From Marsupella aquatica (taxonomy: Eukaryota > Plantae > Marchantiophyta), in NCBI GenBank assembly GCA_973895155.1, contig OZ316899.1, positions 4,157,241 through 4,221,240 on the forward strand: a DNA stretch of 64,000 bases, given 5' to 3'. Position 1 is the stretch's first letter. The number at the start of each line of letters is the position of its first letter. Positions 58,349-64,000 of the stretch are shown here, in pieces. Position numbers and translations under genes: made by a program. The notes under the pieces were generated by a model. It made no database searches, was not told the origin of the DNA, and saw only the letters and a program-made list of their open reading frames with translations.

Positions 58349-61186
58349 TCAACGACTAGTGTGTACGTCCATCATTGCATTTTGAATGATTTGTCTTGTT
58401 TGTACAGAGAGAGTGCTATTTGCCAATAAAGCAAAGTTATACACATAGACTGTAGTTTCTGCTAGGGATAGTTCATCCTCCAGTACTTTGTTTGACAAAG
58501 CCTCTTTCTTCAGATAATATCTGTCATCAATTGCAGACTCCTCTTCTGAATCCATTGCATACCAAGTGATTTTAATTTGCTCGGGGATGTCATTAATTTT
58601 TGTGAGAATCTCAATGACTTTTGCCATCTAGAATGGTCTCCCCTTTGGATCCTGATGGGCTGCTACACATATCATTGCATATTTAGTATTCACCTCTAGA
58701 TTCTTGAAGCCTCCAATTTCCATGACTTTTTTCCAACTTCCTGAAATACATGACTGTCCTCACACCTGCTATTTTATCAACCAAGATAGGTTCCATTTTT
58801 GCTTTCGTAGGATTGGTCGTAGGTTCTCTCTGTATGTTTATCTTGGGCCAACTCCAATCAAAACTCCACTATGCAGGTTTCAGGTGGTGTTGAATCACTT
58901 CTTTTTGTTTGTCAAAAAAACAAACCCACCATAGCCAATCTTCGTCGTCAGAGTAATTGAATCCATCTTCAACTGCTCTCCAATAGTTTTGAAGAGTCAT
59001 AAAATGATTTTGCGCCGCCCGCTTATCTTGTTCCTCAATATCATTCTCTTGATCATCATTGTCTCTTGCAACTCCCGTGGCAGACTTCAATGCCATTTGT
59101 GGTGCAACCCACATTCCAGATGTAGGAATGGACCAAACAAATTCCACGGGCTCCCCCCAATATGTTGTCATTGAAAGATGTTTGGCATGGAAGATGGGCC
59201 AAGCAGTTCCGTTTTTGAGTACTCTCATAATCCAAAATTGTTCCTGAGCACTTATGTCGTGGAGAGTACGCAAAACATGTCCATTCATATCCTTGTTATT
59301 TGCTTGATCGTTGTCAGACACAAACGTTTTGAAATTGGCAACCTCATTGACAAAAAATATTTTTGCCGCAGGATTGTAGGATTCCTCTATGATTGCAAAA
59401 AGAGTCTCCAACTTAAAAGCCTTTTGCTTGTTCAATTTTGAAGAAAACTTGCTAAACATATGATTAATTTGGTCATGAGTATGCCCAACCAACAGAAAAT
59501 CAACCTTTATTTTTTGGAAAACACCTATCTCCATCAACATGTTCAAATATGCCATAAGATATTTGTTCTTGTTTTCTTGAGCAGTGTTATCAAGCTGGAG
59601 GTAAAGCACTGGAGGGAGCGGACCTTCCCAGGTATTCAAAATATGCTGAATAACGTGGATGGTCAGGTTGCTATCATTGTGAATATTTGGATAGTTCAAA
59701 AAAACATTTGAACTCAATTGTTTGTTGAAGATCAAACAACCCACTATGTGTATAGGGATGAAATACTTCTCATCCATGTTCTTTGGACACCAAATAAAAT
59801 GAGGTAACTCTATCTTCTTTTGATCCATGCCATCAATACAGATGCCCTAATATTTTTCAAGACTCTTGCAACATTTTCTCCGGTGCTTTGCTCCTCTCCA
59901 CTACTTGTGCCTTCCAATGCTCGTTTAGCAATGTTGAGAATTTTCCTACAATAATAAAAATGTTCAAAACTTTGTTGGCCTGACAACGATAAATTTATCG
60001 GGTTCAATATTCAAACACTTGATTCAATCACCGTAATGTTAAACCGTGACAACGATAAATTTATCGGGATAAGTATTCAAACTGTTCAAACAATATATTC
60101 ACACACAATTACCAAAGAAGAAGCATTTGAATCCTCAACCCGATAAAATTATTGGGAGTAACACACGGGTTTAGAAACTTACTCTTTTCTGCTTTGGGTG
60201 TTGCTTTATCATGAAGTGCTTTGAATTCAATATAGGGCGCAGATGGAGAAATGACTCCTTTTGGGGGGATGCGCATGCAAGGAAACTCCTTGTTCCAAAT
60301 GCAAACAGACCACAAATATGTCACACCTTGTTCTTGGCGCATGAGAGTTTTTGACTATAAGACATCAAAACATTCTATTTTTGTCCAATTGTCAAGTAAA
60401 TAAAAATATCCTTGTTGGGGAGACTCTTAACATTTGTGGTAAAAAATTCATCTAGCCACTGAACTAGACCAAGATGTGCGGTCAATTTTTCTCTACAAAA
60501 TATATCGATCTGTATCCAAGAAAACATGTTTTTTGAGATTTTTGGAGATGATTATTTCCAAGGGAAAATAATTTCTTAAAGCCACTCCAACAAAAGGTCT
60601 TCCACTAACTGAGTAACCACTTGCACCGACATGCCCACCCTTCACACATCCTCTTAGAAGTACGTTCTTCACCTGGTAGGACAGTTCCTCACATCCTAGA
60701 GACCCAAATTCCTCAGACATAAATGATCACAATAGGGATACTTAAAAATTTCTTTCATTTTGTTTCTATTCAATTTATCATTTATCACATTGTCTTTCCT
60801 AGTAATTCGATCTCTATCTTGTTTACTGGGCTCATTTGACTTCTCTCTAGCCTAAAATCCAATGAGGTCATTGGCATTTTTGGGTCCTTCAGGTAGCTTG
60901 CGAATAGATGCATCATTCTCTGCTGAGCTACCATCCTCCACCTTGACGCATTTAGAAGGGCACTGAAAAGGTGACTAAAACTATTCTCTTCTACATCTCC
61001 TAAACATTCAGACATAACTTGTGCTATTATATCGGATTCTCTATCTCCTTCCTGATCTTTGTCCTTTGATTGACTCAACTCATCTGAAAACACAATTGGA
61101 CTCCTTGGATCTCTATACATAACCCAAACGCCACTAAGACCTAGACTCCTTGACACTTGAAGCCTGGAACCAATCACAATCCACAC
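58349..61186 (-). pseudogene. DDE transposase, DUF7869/Sola-type, multi-exon, disrupted
   Basis: IDGMDQKK.ELPHF, LYLQLDNTAQENKN, FLLVGHTHDQINHMFS, and upstream W..EFP..RIP. The superfamily name is inferred. Confidence 0.7.
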
Positions 61187-61195
61187 TAGAGAACT

Positions 61196-62659
61196 AGTCG
61201 TTGAACTCGACTACCTTAACACTTAGCTCCGGCGTCGCTGACTCCGACGCCGAGCTCCCTTATGGTCCAGGCCCGGATAGGCCATCCAAGGAGGACTTAG
61301 CATGGGGAGACTTGTAGGCAATAATACGTGGCACTAGCGAGTCAAGGAGCCAAGCTGAGGACAAACACTAAGGACTTGGACTAGCTGATAGCTGGTCGGG
61401 TCAAGGGGAAATTGGCCGGGCTCAAGGATGGCCGTCCGGACCTCCGGATGGACTTTGAGTTCTGAGGGCTGCAGTGTGAGCTCCTCTTGGGCCCAAGGTC
61501 AATGAAGTTGACGCCATGGGCAACGGACGCTTGGGGCGCAAGTTATGGCACGATCCGGGTTGGGCCGGTCGGGGCCCCAAGCAGCGATGAGACCTAAGGG
61601 CCTAGGCATGAGTACTGGGTGGGCCCGATCACAATGGGCTAAGGCACTCTGCTTGCGGATGCCTAACGAGAAAGTTATGAGCGTTGCCAATTGGTGGCGC
61701 GCCCATTATGCGCGATAGAATCCGGGTTGGGGGCCAAATGTTTAGAGACCAAAGCTGGTTCGGGGGTGGCAGGTCTCCAGAAGCATATATGAGAGGAGTG
61801 GTGTCTCCCTGGGGGCTAAGGGCGAGCCGAAGTCGTGAGCCGCGGCGGTCGCGACACTAAAGGAAACCGCCAAACAGAAACGGCAATATCTTCCCAATGG
61901 GAAGTGCGTTGGAGGACTTCTTGGGTGAGTTGGAAAGCCCTCCTGAGCTCAGCTGGGTCTGGGGCACCTTGGGTTCTTGGAGTTTGTGGGTGTTAACTCA
62001 CCCGCTTGCCCAATCCTGTCGAACAGCAGCCAAGCCGCGTTTAGTCTCCCAAGGGAGCTTGCGTTGGGGAGGCAAGGCCAAGTAGGTATGGAGGTTGAGT
62101 TCCAAGTGTGCTAGGTCCCTAGACCGTCAGTGGGGCAAGTTGGGAGTTGGTTGTACAAGGCGGGGCCATTCTGGTCTCGACGTGCTGGGACAAGCTTTAG
62201 GACAAGCTACGCTATTTGGGCCATGAGCATGTCTTGGGGTCAGGGCGGTCAGTTGGTGATGGATAGGTACGAGGGGGAACCCGGGCCGCGCCCAAGGAAG
62301 GAGTTGTTCTAGACAAACAGTGGGCGTGGGTTTTGGTTCCGGCTTATGGCATCGGGAGGACCTATTGCTGACCTATTTACCAATGTCTGTTGAGCTTGAG
62401 TTGGGATGCTAGACTTGGCAAGTTCTAGATCCTGAGGGGTTACTTACCGAGGTGCTTGGTTGCTTGTGCAGACAGTGAGGACTGTTGAGTAGCGCTCATG
62501 TAGGTGAGCAAGTGCGGCTTTGTATGGGAGGGGCCGCTGGTAGTGCAAGGGGCACTAGGGAGCTTGCTCAAGATATTCTGTGGAGGCATTCGGGCACCAG
62601 GGTCACTTAGGTGTGAGTGCTGGGATTGGTGAGGGCACTGGGTGGCTTGGTCCACCATT
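61196..62659 (+). repeat. Solo family-A LTR, 1464 bp, 5-bp TSD GAACT
   Basis: GAACT|AGTCG...CCACCATT|GAACT. Confidence 0.95.
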
Positions 62660-62961
62660 GAACTTTGAGAAGCTTCTGGAACTCGGAACGGTGAACTATT
62701 CACACGTGCTGTCCCAATGACTCTGCAAGCTGCAGGAAAACTGAACACTTATTGACCACGATTCCCAAGGACCATTTGGGAAAGGGCCGAGTCTAGACTT
62801 TGCAATCCATTCCCCCGCTTGCTCATACCTCAAGTCCAGGCAATGCAAAGACCAATCGTCGTATCGGTCTTTGTATTTTTGCCTCCTATTCCTCACACGG
62901 AGACTGAAAGATCCATCATTGAAGGTGAGTTGAATGTGACGACTTGAATGTTGAGTGCGAT

Positions 62962-63489
62962 TGGGACAAGCTTTAGGACAAGCTACAAAAACAAGGTGTT
63001 TGTGTGGACACAAGATTGCGAGTTAGCATTCCTAGAACTCAAGCGACTAATGATAACGCCGCCAATTCTAAAGTTACCTGAGATGGGAAAGCCCTTTGAG
63101 ATTTGGACAGACGCAAGTGATTATGCCATTGGCGCCTGTCTTCACCAAGACGGGCGTCTTATGGCCTTTGAGTCATGTAAGTTGGAAAATCATTGGATCG
63201 CCCCGGAAAGGGAAATGTATGCAGTGATCTATGCATTGAAGGAGTGGGAGATGTACCTTAAGAACAATCCCAAGGTGATAATACACACAGATAGCTTGTC
63301 GGCCGAGTACTTCAGTTCTTACCCAAGGCTGAACCCCAAGGAAATGCTTTGGCAGATGTTCTTGGCAGGCTTTGATTTCAAAGTCTGTCACGTTCCTAGG
63401 AAAACAAACATGGCAGTTGACGCTTTATCACATAGGGACCATCATTGTGTCAATGGGATCACAATGCTTGAATCTGAGTGGCCAAAGGT
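62962..63489 (+). pseudogene. Isolated family-A RNase H fragment fused to a 25-bp piece of A LTR
   Basis: GGGACAAGCTTTAGGACAAGCTAC joined directly to KNKVFVWTQDCE...WTDASDY...SEWPK. Confidence 0.85.
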
Positions 63490-63560
63490 GTTGGTGTTAA
63501 ATGCCCAGTTTGACTTGCGATTAACGGACATCTAACTGCCTTCTTCACAGTATCTCCCGC

Positions 63561-63881
63561 TTAAACGATCAACCGACCTTCTAGCGGGGTACTCCCCTCT
63601 TCCTCTATATAGTCCCCGTAAGTGAATCCTACCAAGTGCTCTATAATGTCTAACTCTTCCTTCCACTTCTTGGGCACAACTGCTTCAGTCAACACCAGAC
63701 CCTCCCTGTAGATGATCTCGATAAACCCACACCAGTAGCGGTAAGTAATTAAACAGATGGGAATACTCTCCTGGCGTAACGCTCGGGTAATCAGGTGGGA
63801 ACCGATGGAACAGATCCACAATTCCAGTGGTCTTAACTTAATCAAGGAGCAAGGCTTGTCCTCCTTACTGTCTACATTCAT
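63561..63881 (-). CDS. Small unknown protein (106 aa), homolog of CACTA cargo ORF 31139-31458
   Basis: Intact ATG-to-stop ORF with conserved LRP.ELWIC.IGSHLIT...ESIPIC..TYR.WCGFIEIIYREG. Confidence 0.65.
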   Translation of the reverse strand: MNVDSKEDKPCSLIKLRPLELWICSIGSHLITRALRQESIPICLITYRYWCGFIEIIYREGLVLTEAVVPKKWKEELDIIEHLVGFTYGDYIEEEGSTPLEGRLIV

Positions 63882-64000
63882 GGTTGTTATAGTAGCAGTG
63901 ACCGGGGTAGGTCCTGCTGTCCCTCAATCGGCCTTCCTGGCAATCGATCTGTCTTTGGCTAAATCAAGCAATTTAAATAGAGGTATCCGTAGTAGGAACC

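Overview
Eukaryotic genomic DNA made almost entirely of nested transposable elements; I found no intact host gene, rRNA or tRNA. The element lineages suggest a non-seed land plant such as a liverwort, moss, lycophyte or fern (inference). (A) A chromodomain Ty3/gypsy family whose ~1.5 kb LTRs have non-canonical AGT...ACT ends. One copy is split inside RNase H and its 5' half (19578-25445) is inverted. A solo LTR lies at 61196-62659. (B) A fungal-like, non-chromodomain Ty3/gypsy element (2900-17143, minus strand, 4-bp TSD) sits inside an A LTR. (C) A very young Ty1/copia element (6556-13160, identical LTRs) sits inside the RT of B. (D) A 13.4 kb CACTA-superfamily transposon (28527-41911, CACAA TIRs, TGT TSD) sits inside the A 3' LTR and carries SET, BRCT-like and RPA-like OB-fold cargo. 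(E) A Bianca-like copia element lies at 47199-53273. (F) A large DNA-transposon-like region (~42.5-64 kb, ends not found) contains a DUF7869/Sola-type DDE transposase convergent with an intron-containing ParB-like + beta-class N6-A/N4-C DNA methyltransferase gene. Main candidate system: two unrelated DNA transposons each carry a DNA- or chromatin-modifying enzyme, and each scatters its own short motif through its introns and intergenic spacers (ACGACGT[T/A]A in D, palindromic CGATAAATTTATCG in F). This is compatible with TE-encoded self-marking or anti-silencing, but the function is inferred and both enzyme genes are disrupted in these copies. All domain calls come from reading motifs by eye; no searches were run.
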